A model generated the notes under the pieces. That model worked only from the letters and a program-made list of their open reading frames with translations, had not been told where the DNA came from and ran no database searches. A stretch of DNA of 64,000 nucleotides from assembly GCF_009914755.1 (NCBI RefSeq), contig NC_060933.1, one strand, 5' to 3'. This DNA comes from the human T2T-CHM13v2.0 reference genome, Homo sapiens. The position numbers were made by a program, and so were the translations under genes. How positions within the stretch are numbered: position 1 is the first letter of the stretch; the number at the start of each line of letters is the position of its first letter. Below are positions 1 to 15,973 of the stretch, one piece after another.

Positions 1-402
1 TGATTGAGGGCATGCTTGCAGGTAAAATCTGTAAGAGAGTGATGGGAGGATAGAACAGGAGAAAAACCTAGAGGAAGATGCAGATTAAGCCAATGTCTAC
101 ACTTTGTCTGCTTCCACAGGAAGTTTTGGAGCATGAATAGCACCACAATTGTACCACTTTCTCAAAAAGCCCAGATGTTTTTATCCACATATTTGTCAGT
201 CATTGGCTTAGGGTTGCCCTCAGTTAAGGGTAGGCATGGCAAGAAACATATCTCCCACACATTTCTAGATGAGGCAGCTTTCTAGGCCCACAACAGGGAC
301 AAGTCTGAACTGTTAGCAACCAATGATCACAGCAGTGGCCAACAGGCACCCTGGCCCCATGTAAGGAATCTGAGAGGGAGGAGGACCAACACTGACTATA
401 AC
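1..402 (-). mobile_element. Old ERVL-type LTR fragment (LTR16/LTR33-like)
   Basis: Resembles the reverse complement of LTR16-class consensus motifs (gtcagtcattggc...ggttgccc; aaggaatctgag...). Recalled, not aligned. Confidence 0.45.
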
Positions 403-1094
403 ACTGAGCAAATACCATGTGCCAATGTGCTGTGCAGGTCAGAACTATAAATGCAAGGCTGAATCACAACAAGCATTGCCTCAATGGCCTCCTCTGTCCC
501 CACAGCTATTCCAGGCTAGTCCTAGGCTTTGATTGTGTCATAGGCTATCTCTTGAGAACAATTTCTGTTCTTGTCAGGAAGGACCCCTGCAGGGATTTCT
601 GCAGGAGGATCCAGACAGGAGAATGGGAAAGAAAAGGCAGTGCTCTCTCAGTCGTTTATCAAGCATTATTCTCTTACAGATTGACCATGTTGAATGATCC
701 TTTTAAAAATTATGAACTTTAGTAGTGAAGTTCCTTCTTGGTTTATATGATTCTCATGAGTCAAGTCATCAGGAATATGTGATTGCAGGGAAGCCAGACT
801 CCCCATATTCAGAAACAGGCTGAAAGAGGTTGATTAAATTCCAACTACAGAGTCATTATATTTTACCTACCTAAATCAAACATCTAACTTAAAATGGAAC
901 TAGTCTCATCCAATACCTGAATGAGAGGCTCAAGAAACTATTTCCACTACCTTTGCATCATTGAACAACTAAATCCAATGCCTGATATAAAAAGAGATAG
1001 ATCCAGTCATTAAGTCTCCATGTTGCACTGGGCAAAGCACTTCACCTCAACAACCCTAATTTCCCGTTTTATTATGAGGAATTTGAATTAAGTG

Positions 1095-2100
1095 GTTCAT
1101 TTATTGAACAAATATCTCTTGAACACCTACTATGTGCAAGACAGTTTGCTAAGAGCCCAGGACAGAATGGCAAAAAGAGACACAGAGCCACTGCCCTAGT
1201 GGAGCTCACAATCAAGTAAAGAAGGGAATCAACACAAACGAGTTCAAAAATATTAATTGTCATAAATGCTATGAAAGAAACAGAGGCGATGAAATCAAAA
1301 ATAATGGCAAGGATCTATTTTGGATGGGATTTTTACAGAACGCCTCTGTATAAAAGTAATATTGAAGCTGAAACCTAAAGATGATAAGGAGATAATCAAG
1401 TCAAGAACATTCCAGATAGAGGGGCTAGACTGTGCAAAGGTTCTGAAATAGGAGTGAACTTAGCATGTTTCAGAAGCTGAAAGAAAGATTAGGGTAGATG
1501 GAGTATAGTGAGCAAGGGGCACAGAGACAACACAAGGTTGGACAGAACCAGGTTGTATAGGTCACAATAAAAAGTACAGATTTTATCCCAAGAGTAATCA
1601 GGAGCCATTGCAGAATTTTAAACAGCAGCAAAACATTATCCACTTTACATTTTGGAACACACTAGCTGCTGCATGGAGAATTAACTGGAGGTGAGAGTAA
1701 AATCTAGGCGACCTGTCAGGGGTGACTATTGTAAGTCTAGCAAGAGATGATGGCAGTCCACTTAAGGTACTGGCAGTGACAATGGAAAGGAGTGGAAAGA
1801 AGATGTATTTTGGAAGTGATGACACGTATCTGATATATCTGTTATATTGATTATGGTTTGGATGCAGGAGATTGCTAAAAGAGGAAAAAAAAATTAAGAA
1901 TGATGCCTGGGTTTCTAACATACACAATGAAATGATGGTGATGATATTTACTTTTGAAGACTGGTGAATGGGTAGGAAAAGCTTTGGGATAAAGCCAGGA
2001 ATTCACTTGGACAAATTAAGTTGTTTAGGAGACATCCAAGAGATATGTCAAATAAACAGTTAAATATGTACATCTAGAGATCGGTGGAAAGATCATTATT
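1095..2100 (-). mobile_element. L2 LINE 3' portion
   Basis: ttcatttattgaacaaatat...cacctactatgtgc...ccctagtggagctcaca is the reverse complement of the L2 3' end, followed by purine-rich L2 body. Confidence 0.8.
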
Positions 2101-2137
2101 AAGCAAGGGACAAGTCTGAACATTTAAGACGTTGGAG

Positions 2138-2246
2138 AGTCAGTTTCTTTATAAATGAAATGGGGCTAATAATATCTACTTTCCTAATTCATACAATTGT
2201 TATAAGGATCAAAATAAAATAATATATTAGTAACCACTTTGCAAAC
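2138..2246 (+). mobile_element. MIR fragment
   Basis: Core MIR motif tcagtttc...aaatggggctaataata...ttgttataaggatcaaa. Confidence 0.6.
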
Positions 2247-2300
2247 ATACATACACACATTAAATGTATGAGTATACATGTATGTATGAATAATATTTAG

Positions 2301-2631
<331 letters not shown>

Positions 2632-3721
2632 GAAAACCATTTCTGTATACTTGAATTTCTACCAACTATATTCACACATTGTTGCCTTAGAACATGTTAA
2701 TTATACCAGTTTTTAACAGTTAAATCAATGAGAATTCGTCCTTTGACTCTCATGATGTGTAATTGGCTCTAGATTATGATTTCTATGTGTCTGTTTAACC
2801 CATGTGTGTGATTTCTACATGTCTGTCTAAGGAGGTATAAGAGGTATATATAAAAGTAGTTCTGAGCATAGAAAGAGGGCAACCAAAATTGCCAAAGTTA
2901 ATATTTACTGAACTATATATAATATTCAAAGGTGAATACCTTTGAAAGTCAAAAGGTAGGACTTCCTTCAACAGATAACAAGAGTCTATAGAAAGATACT
3001 CTTCCTTGTACTTCCCTTCACTTTCCTTATCATACGAACCCATGAAATCATTTTCTCCAAAGAAACAAGAAATATTTTCCTGTTAAAATTTCCTGTGTAT
3101 GTAAAGGACACTCCTTTGGCCTCTAAGAACACCATTCCAGGAAGATGCAATGTGAGTGTTGACGTTCCAGTAACTTCTGAGGGGTTAACCCTATTTATAC
3201 AGAGCTCTGTCTCTTTGAACAGACCTTCTGGCGTCATAACCAGGCTAATTGATCCTCTGCATGCAATTGCTCTCCCAGACAGAGTCTGGTGCCAATGCTA
3301 TAAAAATGTAGAGATAGAAAAAGAAAAGTACTGGAGTTTTATCACCAAATATCCTAAACTGACAACCAGATAAAGTGATCAAAGATAATAAAGCAAAACT
3401 TCTGGAAACCTGTCATGGAGCAGGAAGTATTTGTCTCAATGACCAATTTCTGCAATAGACTTGGTCAGTTGAGCTTCTTTTTAAAGCCAGTTAAAAGATA
3501 AAATACATTACTATAGCTATTGTAAGTAGTAGTAGTGGCATTTTCAGAAACTTATTAATCTTTATCGTTGCAGTAGGCTGAGGGTACCTTTCAGAAATGT
3601 AAAAATAAAATTATCAATAAGATGTTTGAAATTATCAAATTAAGCTTTTTAAAATTTATGATGTTGATTTAATTGATTAAAGATAGTCAAGACTATAATC
3701 CTATCTAAATACCAATTGTTA

Positions 3722-4405
<684 letters not shown>

Positions 4406-5464
4406 TTAGGTTGATGTGACTGGAATTTGAGATAGACACGTAGAAGGCGTTCTGAGTTTAGGGTGATGCAGTGGGTTGGGTAGTAGAAAAGATTAATCTC
4501 TCAGTGGGTGGGGACACAATTTTTCTTGGATGTATAGCCATTAGTAGGACAAAAAGGGGCCCATTTTAACCATCTTCCCTATTCTAGTGATCTCCTGATC
4601 TCCAGAATTAATTCACAAGATCTTCTGTTTACATTTATTATTTCTTCCTTCTTATTGTATATATGATATATTTGTACACTTTTAGTTTTTTCCTGGTAAT
4701 GAGGAATGATCCACATATTTGGAGACCCTTTCTCAGAGTCTAGGGCATGACCTGTGAGGTTCTAAATACACGCATAAAGTAGCTTGCCCCGAAACACTTT
4801 TCATGAGTGTTGCAATCACTGCAAGGGCTCTAATTCAAAACCAAACTCTTTCTGCAAACCGGAAATAAAAAAGCCCCTTCTTCCAAGTGGACCTGCTTGG
4901 GGACTGCAGCTTTGAGAACTAAGCAGAGGCCGGGTGGCAGCTTCACTCACTGAGCAGTGAGCAAACTGCACAAACGTCCAAACGCGTGGGCCCCGCGTGT
5001 TCCACTTTCAGAGAATGTGCTCAGAACAGTCACTCCCCCCGCCTCCATCTGGCTAAACTTCTGGGCAGCCTCACAAGATGGCAGTTCCTTTGTGGATTTG
5101 CTTGATCGCAGTTCAGAGACTCACTCTCAGCTTTTCAGCCTCAAACGGGAGACAGATCCATTTACTTTAACCCAAGTCAGGAGTTACCAAATTTAATTTT
5201 GACTCAAGTAATATGTGCCACAGAAACCAGAATTATTTGTGCAAGCACCATGTGCACATCTCCTTACATTAAGAAAAAGGATTTGCCTTCAGAAGGACGA
5301 TATCTGTCAAGTGAATCAAAAGCAAAGAGCATCAGATAAAGATGCCCAGGTGTCTGCAGCTGACAGTAGAGGTGGTTTTACCAATAGGACACAAAGTGCT
5401 CTAGCTACAACTCTTTGAATTACCAAATTAGGGGAAATCTGACCAGGGGCTTTGCCAGTGCTGT

Positions 5465-5519
5465 CAGCCAGCATACTAAACACCCACTGCAGCCAGCATA
5501 CTAAAGTAAACACCCACTG
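5465..5519. repeat. Two-copy tandem duplication (25 bp + 30 bp)
   Basis: cagccagcatactaaacacccactg followed by cagccagcatactaaa[gtaaa]cacccactg. Confidence 0.9.
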
Positions 5520-6849
5520 ACTAGGTTGTTCTCTTCCCACATGGCACTTGGAAAGGTACAGCCAATGCGTGTCTCACTGGTATATCTCTCAATGATAAAA
5601 CATCCTCTCTTTCTGGCAGGCAAGTTTTTTTTTTCTTTGCATATTTTATGACACTAAACTAGTCAGTCCTGGAGGGAAAGTTGTCCCTCTCACGATTCTG
5701 TGTATCACTGCTACTGTCCCTTGAGCTTAAAGTTTAACTTTCAGAGGAAAGAATTTTTCCCATTTTTTGCAGCTTCTTGGGGGATACCATACTGTCCCAA
5801 AAACAATGTGTTTCTCACCAATGCAATGTGCTACTCACACTGCTTCCAGAACTGCAATAACCTTTGACTGACAGTGGTCAGATTCCCAGGAATCAAGCAG
5901 CCATTTGCATACCTGCAGATTCCCTGGTCAACTAGGGTTAGTCACATGGCAGCTTCAAGAGGCGGCCCTTGTCATGACTAAGACATTCTTACTGTGTTGC
6001 CCTTCTCATAACTAAGAATGTCTACATGGCAGGCACCTTCTTTTGATGAATTTGTTATTATCAAGTTGGCAACCAATAGTGATGTAACAAGGAGAAAGCA
6101 ATGTATTTAGACTTAACTGAAAATAAACACCACCAGAGGAAAAATGTGCCCATTCATAAAGATGTTTATACTAATAGGGCCAGTAGAAGAAAATTATTTA
6201 TTTAAAACCCAAAACATTTCTCTGAATGATAAGTTTGACCTCAGCTTCATGTCAGAGTTTAGTAGAAGACTGTATCTCTATGTATTTTCATTTTCCCATT
6301 AATATATGCTACACAGAGAGAAAATAAATAAGTAAAAACTAAGTCAGTGAGGTAAAGGAACTGATGTGAATTCGTTATTCATGTTTTAAGCTTGGCAGCA
6401 AAAAATGATTGCCAAAAAGTACAGGCGCTCATAGATCCCCAAAGTCAGCTGTTTTCTGTAAACATAGTTTCTAGACGATTAATAACATGTTGTTGGACCA
6501 CATTCTTGGGCCATTGCTCTGTTTTCTCATTAGATCTCCTGCATGTGCATAAAATATCTCTTCTTATTTTAGTGGATGGGAATTGCTGCCCCTTCCTTAT
6601 AATGCTCATTTTTTACCTTTGAGCAAATTGTTAAATTTGTTATTGATCAGGAATGAAAATAACTATCTGTTGTTTTCCAGGCCTGAAACCTGGAAAAATT
6701 TATCAGACTTTTCTAGTTGATTTGCTGTTTTTGAAGGTAAAATACCATCCATTACTCAGAACTACATTAAACTGTCTACTCACACCTCTTCTAGAATTGT
6801 GATTTTCTGTTTTCTACTTACACAGAAAATAGTAGTTAGTTTCTCCTAT

Positions 6850-7500
6850 GGCAATGGGCAGACAGTGAGGAGAATGGAAAGTGAGTTAGGTGCGGTTCCT
6901 GACCTCCAGGAATTTGACATTCTGCAAGGATGGATAGAAAAGCCATGCACACAACGGCCAAAATGTGAGGCCACATTAAAATGGGGGCCATAGGGAGAAG
7001 GACCAAGTCCTCTAGAATCTCAAAGGGAGAATCGTGTCCAGCAGGCATGGTCAGGGAATGCTTTAGCCACAGAGGGGAGGCATCTGAGTTGGGCACTAAG
7101 CCACGAGTCAGATTTCAGAAAGCACAGATGGGGGATGAGGTATGACCAGCAGGCGGAATGGCATGAGCAAGGGCAGAAGCAGAAAAGCACAGGGAACATA
7201 CAGTGATCCAATTTGGCTGGACCATGGTGTACTGTAGGGAGTGATGGTGTTTGGGAGGTAAAGGTAAGTTGAGGTTAAATGGCGAAGAGCTTTGAAAGCA
7301 TGAATAAAGCATTTAAACTCTTTGGTGAGCAACAGGGAATAACTGATCATCCTTATCAACATGCAGCTTAGCGTAATTGGTCAGAAAGTCATGTGCAATG
7401 TGAAAAAGAGGGAATGAGGAGGAAGGCAGGGAAACAATGGTTGATGTCATCCATCTAGGAGATGATGAGTGGGCTTCCCAGTAGACTGCAATGAACAGAA
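6850..7500 (-). mobile_element. L2 fragment
   Basis: Purine-rich L2-like segments (ggttcctgacctccagga; ttccagcagg-like; agcatttaaactc...ggtgagcaacaggga; catccatctaggagatgatg). Confidence 0.6.
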
Positions 7501-8218
7501 GGAAGTCTGAATGGTGGGAGGAATTTTTCTATGTCACTTCTTACTCAACCTATTCTCTATTTTTCTGGCTACAAGAGTCAGAAAAGCTAAAATCCATGAT
7601 GGGATTCATCTGTCCAAAATGCTAGATGTGATTTCTAGGAAACTACAAAATCTGAAGGGGCCACAGTTGGGTGCTGAAGTCAAGTTTTAGCATTAAACTA
7701 ACTTCTAAACCCAGAAAAATAAGGACAACTGAGGGCAGGAAGAGTCCTTAGAATAGAATTTTTTAATTTTGTGATTTATTTTAATGATAAGCTAAAAAAG
7801 TTATGAAATATACTTGGGGCCACATGGATAACCACCTTATAAGTGAGTATTTCCACTTCATTTTAGTGTCTGTGCTTTCATTTTTCTATTGCATCATCAT
7901 CAAGTGATACTACTTTAATGTACATGGGCTAATGTAGAGAAAGCTGAGGAGGAATTAATATAAAAGTGACACACCGTGTGCCAATTGAAGGCCAAGTGAA
8001 ATTTGGTAAATGATGATTTCTTAATGGTCCGACTAAACAAATAGGAAGATTGAGTTTATGATACCAAAACTGAAGACTTGGAGTTGCATTGGGGTCAGTA
8101 ACTATGTTTTCTTAAATCAGTGTAGAATTTGGATTTCATTGGTTTAGAAATTTTCTTAATATTTAATTTGTAAATCAATTTTAATTTTATAATTGTTTTG
8201 TATCTATAAGAATAACAA

Positions 8219-8513
<295 letters not shown>

Positions 8514-10359
8514 GCTTATATATAGTTACATTTGCAGAGATATAAGTAACATTATCTAAAAAGGTATCAGCTCATTTAATGAGGGCAGAATGAGTGAAAA
8601 TGTTGTCCACTAAAGTAAGCCCGTATATTACTTCTGTTTGGAAAACACAGCCCTGGAACATACATTTGGCCTTGCGGTTTGCTTTTATAGGTGAAGGTAC
8701 GTTGACCGCTTAAATGGTCAAGACAAAGGGGACACTCATACATTTCATATTCTAAGAGTTCAGCCTGCTCGTCTGTCAAGTTGTAAATGTCTAAATTAAT
8801 ATATGCAAGAAAAATATTTTATTTAGTACCTATTTGTTTGTTGCATTGAACTAGCTTATTTATTATGGGAACCAGGTAACCCCTCCTTTTCAGTGTATGA
8901 AACAACGCAATTGAACCTAGATTTTGAAAATATGTATTGTAGAAAAAATTCTTCATATATTTCAATTTCGTTTTTATTCCATTCTAATTTCAATAACAGG
9001 TAAAGTCAGAAAACATAATACACTCTTGTGGTAGCTCAACAGGCAAATAAAATCAGCATATCAGTCACCACTGGGATGATATTATTTTTAGTATGGCTGA
9101 TGTGGTTTAGTGGGACTCTCTTATTACATTAATTGGCTACCAGTTCTGCAAAGCGTAATTAGCACCACTATTCATATCTCAGCCCATGTGCGAATTTGGC
9201 AGCACTGTCAGCAAAACACACCTCTTTTCCAAGTCTAGGATAACAACTGAGAAACAACTGACTGATATCCTGAATTATATTAAATATATTTAGAAGTATG
9301 TCTGACATGTGTTCAAAGGAGACAGTATTGAAATTTTTTTTCTTGTGCTCATAACCATAATAAAGAAATATGTAATTTCCTGTGAGCTTCACAAATTATT
9401 AACCAAGTCATCTTTAAACTATCCTGAGATATTCATCCCATTATCTCCATTGTGTAGATTTGGAGATGGAGACACAATGGGAACAAGGGTCAGGATGTGG
9501 TGTCTTAAGCTTTAAGGCGCTGCAGCTTATCACATTCTTAAAGTTTCCTCCTTGCACATAAAGCCTCATAATAAATGCTTCCAGCAAGTGGTGGAGCGTG
9601 CGTGACAATTTAAGAATGACCAGTTTTAGAATAGGAAGTCAATGGAAAATGTTAGATTAGTGTTTATATAAAGGTAAGTGTTTAAAATAAGACAAGTTAT
9701 TGAAAGTAGGTATCTAGCACAAATAAAGAATCCAAGTAATGCCAAATACACAAAATTCTAAATGAAAAAATTACAGGATTCTATCTCATCTTTTGACTCC
9801 TAATGACACCCTCTCAGTCTCTCAGCCAATTCTCATGCCTACATATCATCTCAATTGGTCAACCAGTGAAAGAGCCATAACATAGTGAAGTCTTGAATAC
9901 ACGTTTTTTTCTGGTTTCTCAAAGCAGCCTATTTCTACTTAGCTGTATTCTCTCTTCTGGAAGCACACTCAAGTAATTAATTCCAGATCCCTAATCTGTT
10001 TCATACTAAACAAATTGCAACAGTTTCCAGTCTACCCACTCTACTCCTTTATACCAACTCTGCATGATTCAGGAGTCTGCTTTTCCAAAAGGGGCAGCTT
10101 ATTTTCAACCGCAACCAGCAATATGCTCCTAAAATCATGATGAATCAGTCCTATAATCCACCAGATCCTTATTCAGTGTGAATTAAGTAATGTCAAGGCC
10201 CACTCCTGCTCCAAAATGTCAAATTGTCTTTTCTAGCTACTGCCTTAGTGCCAGAAATATTATCAATACTCCTAACTTTTAGAATGAAGCATTATACCCT
10301 GAACACTCCTATTAACATTGTAAATTATGTAGACAACACATTAACCCACTGATTATTAA

Positions 10360-10672
<313 letters not shown>

Positions 10673-11134
10673 TAAATAGAAGTGTGGAAAAGAATCAGTG
10701 AAAATACACACACTGAGCCTCCCCTTCCAGAACATGTGATTCAGTAAGGAATCCAGAAATAAGTGTTGCTTTGGAAAATCATTTTAGGCCTAATGTTCAT
10801 CCTAGCTTCAGAGCCACTGCAGTAATCCCTCATTAAGTATCCAAACACAACAGAATGAATTTGTTCTTTTTAAGTGCCATGAAATAATAGGACAAGGTAA
10901 GTTTGATGGCGAGATAGCAGTTAGCAAAGAAAAAAGTAGGCCAGAACAGTTTGCTTTGGGAAAAACTCTGGAGTTCAGGGGACAAAATGAAGAAACTGAA
11001 TACTGGGAAGTGTGAAGGGAACTAGAATAGGAAGAAGAAAAGCTTTGAAACTACTTTCTATTAGGTTTCTATTAATAACTTATGCTGAGGTGGGCATCAG
11101 TGTTGAACATTTCCAGCCTTAAAAGTTCTTTAAA

Positions 11135-11745
11135 ACTGTGAAAAATAGTTAGCAGTTCCTCAAAAAGTTTAACATAGAATTACCAAATTACCCACCAATT
11201 GCATTCCTAGATATACACCCAAAAGAACTGAGAACTGGTGTTCAACTGCTTGCACATCAATGTTCCTAATAGCCCCATCCACAATAGCCAAAGGGTGGAA
11301 ACAACCGAAATGCCCATCTTTGATGAATGGATAAACAAACTGTGGTATATCCATACAATGGGATACTAGCCATAAAAAGGCATGAAATACTGATATATGC
11401 TACAACAGGCATGAACCCTAAAAACATGTTAAGTGAACGAAGCCAGATACAGAAGGCCACATATTGTATGGTTCCATTTCTATGAAATATCCTTTATAAT
11501 CAAATCCATAGACACAGAAACCAGGTTGGTGGTTTCCAGAGGCTGAGAAGGGTGATGGCTTACATGGGAATGGGAAGTGGTATTAATGGGTATAGGGTTT
11601 CTTTTAGGATGATGAAAAAATTTCAGAACTAGATAGTGGTGATGGTTGCACATCATCTTGAATACACTTAATGTCACTGGATTAAACACTTAAAATAGCT
11701 AAAAAGGTAAATTTCATGATTCATATATTTTATCAGAATTTTTTG
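11135..11745 (+). mobile_element. L1M (L1MB-like) 3' end
   Basis: cagttcctcaaaaagtttaacatagaattacc; ggataaacaaactgtggtatatccatacaatgg; ttaagtgaacgaagccagatacagaaggcc. Confidence 0.9.
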
Positions 11746-13111
11746 AAGTGCTTTACAGGTATACATTTTTTATCCCTACACATCTCCCTTGCCTAGGAAC
11801 CTTGAAGAAATATCCTCACAAGTGAGCTTCCCGTGGGCCTGCTGGTGCTTCTGCAGACATCCCTCCCTTCAAACTTGAGTGCCCAGACAGGACTGAGCAG
11901 GTGTGAACAAGAAAGACTGCTCAAGTGCAGATCTCAAGTTACCCTGTGCCCTGGATGAGGAGATGGGTGGAGGAAAGTGATAAGAACATCTGAACAGTGT
12001 GGCTCCCTAAATGTCACTGGGCTTTATGTGATTAAGTTTCCCCCACACTCTGGAAACTTCAGGGATTGACAGGCAATGACTGCAGCGTGCACCCTGCAAT
12101 TTAAACACAACACAACAGAAAGGAGGATTCCAAAGCAGACAAAATGCCAAAGAAAATTGCCCTGTGAGAAGGCACTCTCTATATCCTTAGAGTCAGCATG
12201 AAAACAAAAGTGCCCATTTCTTTTTCATGCCACCCAGCTCTGCCTTACTTGTCATCTACAATGCAGAAATGTGGAAAAAAAAAAAAAAAAAACGAAGCTA
12301 TTTTCTGGGGATTCAGAGAATTCCCTACCTACCTAATGACTGCCCTCTAAAACATTCAATTGTAAGACTTGAACAGTAGAGAAAAATGTTTTTCTAAGGG
12401 GAATCTGTCTTCTGATTATAGATACAGACAGTCCCTCATTCCATTTCTTTGTGGCTGCTCTCTATGGGTTTACATTAGCCAGGTCTTCGATTCATAGTTA
12501 GTTCATCACAGCTGATTGTCCCTGTTCTGTTCAGATAACTTAGATAAACAGAATGCACTGCTTAAGTGCACATGTGATTGGACATAAGCAAAAGGAAACT
12601 TTTAAAAAACTGTAAGTCAAATTCAAGTTTTGTAAATGTATTTTAAGAGAGTGTTGAATGAAAGGTCGACAAAAAGTTTATAAAGATTATTTTAGGGTGA
12701 CAAGATTATTGGTTATATGTGGTTATTTTTCCTTTTCTTATATGTTTCTGTATTTTCTGCAGTAAGCACATCTTTGTCATTTTTAATGTAATAAATTTTT
12801 TAAAGAACAATGTTATTTTTGGTCTGATGTTAAGTACATGCCTATGAAAACTCAACTGAATTATTGTTACTGTTCTATTTCCTTATAATCTTCGTCAATC
12901 CCCAACTGGCTCACATTTTTCTGGCTATTGGGGTCTCTATTGTGGATTCTTAACTTCCTACATCTTTTTCCACTTGATATCTTTGATAAATACAGGCGAT
13001 TTTTAAGAAGATGTTGGGGTCAGTAGCATAATCTGTTGATTTAAAACAGTGATTAGGCAATGGAATGAAGTCCAATGAGAGATATGTTCATTCAGAATTT
13101 TCCTTTACATG

Positions 13112-14040
13112 AATTTTTTATTGCAGTATAATATACTTACAGAAGAGTACAAATAAATGTACAGCTAAATCACAAAGTGAACTCACCTATGTAATTGACA
13201 CTTGAGTTGTGAAATAGACCATGTCCAATACCCAAAGGCCTTCGACATGCCTGCTCCAATTCCCAGCTCCTGCCTCCTCCCCAAAATTAACCACTATCCT
13301 AATCTCTAACGCCACAGGCCAGGATTGCGTATTTCTAAACTTTATATAAATTAATCAGTATCTATTTTTGTGTGTCTAGCTTATTTCATGCAACATAATG
13401 TTTGTCAAGTTCGTCTGTGTTGTAACAGTAGTTCCTTTTTCATTTTCATTGTTTTATAATGTCTCTTTGTACACCTACAGCACAGTTTATTCTACTGTTG
13501 GTGGATATCTGGATTGTCTCCAATTTGGAGCTGTTATAAATCATGCCACTATGAACATTTTATATGATTTTTAGAGGACCATATGTATGCTTCTGTTGCC
13601 AACTTCTGTTGCCCAATTTATACCTGGGTGTGAATTATTGGGTCATAGGGGCATGTGAATGTTCAGTCCACGTAGACATTGCCAAACAGTATTTTAAAGC
13701 ATTGTACCAATTCATACTCTCACCAGTTCTATAAGAAAGTTCCAGTTGCTCTACCTCTTACCAACTGTTGATATTTCCAACTTTTTAATGTTCGCCATTT
13801 TATCAGGTATGTAGTATATGGTTGTGATTTAAATTTGCATTTCTATGTTGAATTATAATGGGATTGTTAACCTTTTCATATGTTTCTTGGCTATTTTGGT
13901 GATCCTCTTTTATGAACAGTGCCTGTTCAAGTATTTTGCCCACTTTTCTATTGGATTGTCTGTATTTTTTGTGTTTTAAAATACATTCTGGATACAACTC
14001 TTTTAACAGTGATATGTTTTACAAATGTATTCTCTTCTAG
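13112..14040 (-). mobile_element. Old L1M (L1MB/ME-like) 3' region
   Basis: Reverse-complement L1 3' UTR/ORF2 motifs (ttgtaccaattcatactctcaccag; tttaaatttgcatttc; gcctgttcaagtattttgccc). Confidence 0.85.
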
Positions 14041-14143
14041 ACATGTGCTTCTGTCAGGGTATAGGAAAGATCTTAATGCATCAAGGATGGAGATCATCAG
14101 AGCTGAAATGCAGTCCCTGTGGTGGATGATCTATTTTCAGGTT

Positions 14144-14438
14144 ATTTATTTATTTATTTATTTTATTTTATTTATTTATTTTTTTTGAGACCGAGTCTCG
14201 CTCTGTCGCCCAAGCTGGAGTGCAGTGGCGTGATCTCGGCTCACTGCAAGCTCCGCCTCCCAGGTTCATGCCGTTCTCCTGCCTCAGCCTCCTGAGTACG
14301 CCTGGCTAATTTTTTTGTATTTTCACTAGAGACAGGGTTTCACCGTGTTAGCCAGGATGGTCTCAATCTCCTGACCTCGTGATCCGCCCGCCTCGGCCAA
14401 AGTGCTGGGATTACAGGCTTGAGCCACAGCACCCAGCC
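14144..14438 (-). mobile_element. AluY with internal deletions
   Basis: (TTTA)n tail; ~26 bp missing at cctgagta|cgcctggc and tccc missing at ctcggcc|aaagtg. Confidence 0.93.
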
Positions 14439-14444
14439 CAGGTT

Positions 14445-14750
<306 letters not shown>

Positions 14751-15209
14751 TTATTTACTTTTAAGATTTGGTTCTTCAGAATCCCAAATGAAAGCCTGGG
14801 ATGACTACTAAGACCCTTTCTCCTTGGCAGGTCTTTAGTTCCAATTATTTCATCCTAGCCCCATAAGAGTACTTAAATCTCTGCTCAGCCTCTTGGCTTC
14901 TCCATACTAATTGCAAATCAGCAGATTTCCCTAGTGGAAAAGTCACATGGGGCCAAATGTCCTCTCTGTCCTTCCTTACTTTCCGGGAATCTTGGCCTGC
15001 AAATCCTCACTGCTGGTTTTTTTGTTTTTTGTGGGTTTTTTTTTTTTTTTTTTTTGTAGCCTTAAGATATTTTAAAACTTCAAACAGATGAATACACACA
15101 CAAACATATATATGCATATATATATGTAACATGTATGTATGAACACGAAGATTGACTATAACAAGCTTGTTAGCCATGTTTTAGAAACAGAACTTCCAAC
15201 CAAACTTTT

Positions 15210-15525
15210 TGGTGGTTTTGCTTTTTGGTTTTTTGGTTTTATCGAGACGGGTTTTCACTCTGTCACCAGGCTGGAATGCAGCGGCATGGTCATAGCTCAC
15301 TGCAGCCTTGACCTCCTGAGCTCAAATGATTCTTCCACCTCAGCCTCTTGAGTAGCTAGGACTACAGGCACATGCCACCACCCTCGACTAATTTTTTTTA
15401 TTTTTAATAGAGACAAGATCTCAGTATGTTGCCCAGGCTGTTCTTGAACTCCTAGGCTCAAGCAATCCTCCTGCACTGGCCTCCCAAAGTGCTACGAGTA
15501 CAGGCATGGGCCACTGCACCCAGCC
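15210..15525 (-). mobile_element. AluJ SINE
   Basis: catagctcactgcagccttgacctcc and ggctcaagcaatcctcc; TSD aaacttt. Confidence 0.92.
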
Positions 15526-15973
15526 TAAACTTTTCTTCAATTCTGTACCTCTTTTCTAATGAGCTGGTACAATTGTTACCATTATACAATGAGAGTTACA
15601 TAATGTACTGTGTTTTACTCTGAGCCTACATGTTGAAAATCAGAGCTTATATTCCTGGCTTTTTCAGCTTATAATTTCATGATTTATTTTTCTCCCTATT
15701 TTTCTACCCCTTTACCACATTTTTAACCTGTTACCCTGTATTTACCTTTTAAAAATCTTATTTCACTAATAGTGTATAAGCCACCCCAATTCATTTTGGC
15801 TATAGCTAGGGTGGATGAACGGATAGATGGATGGGTAGGGAAATACATAGATATACCAGGTTGTCAAATCCCAAATCAATCAAAATTCTATCATTGAAAA
15901 TATATAACAAAATCAAGTCCACAGGCAAAAGCATTTAACAGAATGGTCTAGCTGTAGAAAAATCTCAATTTAC

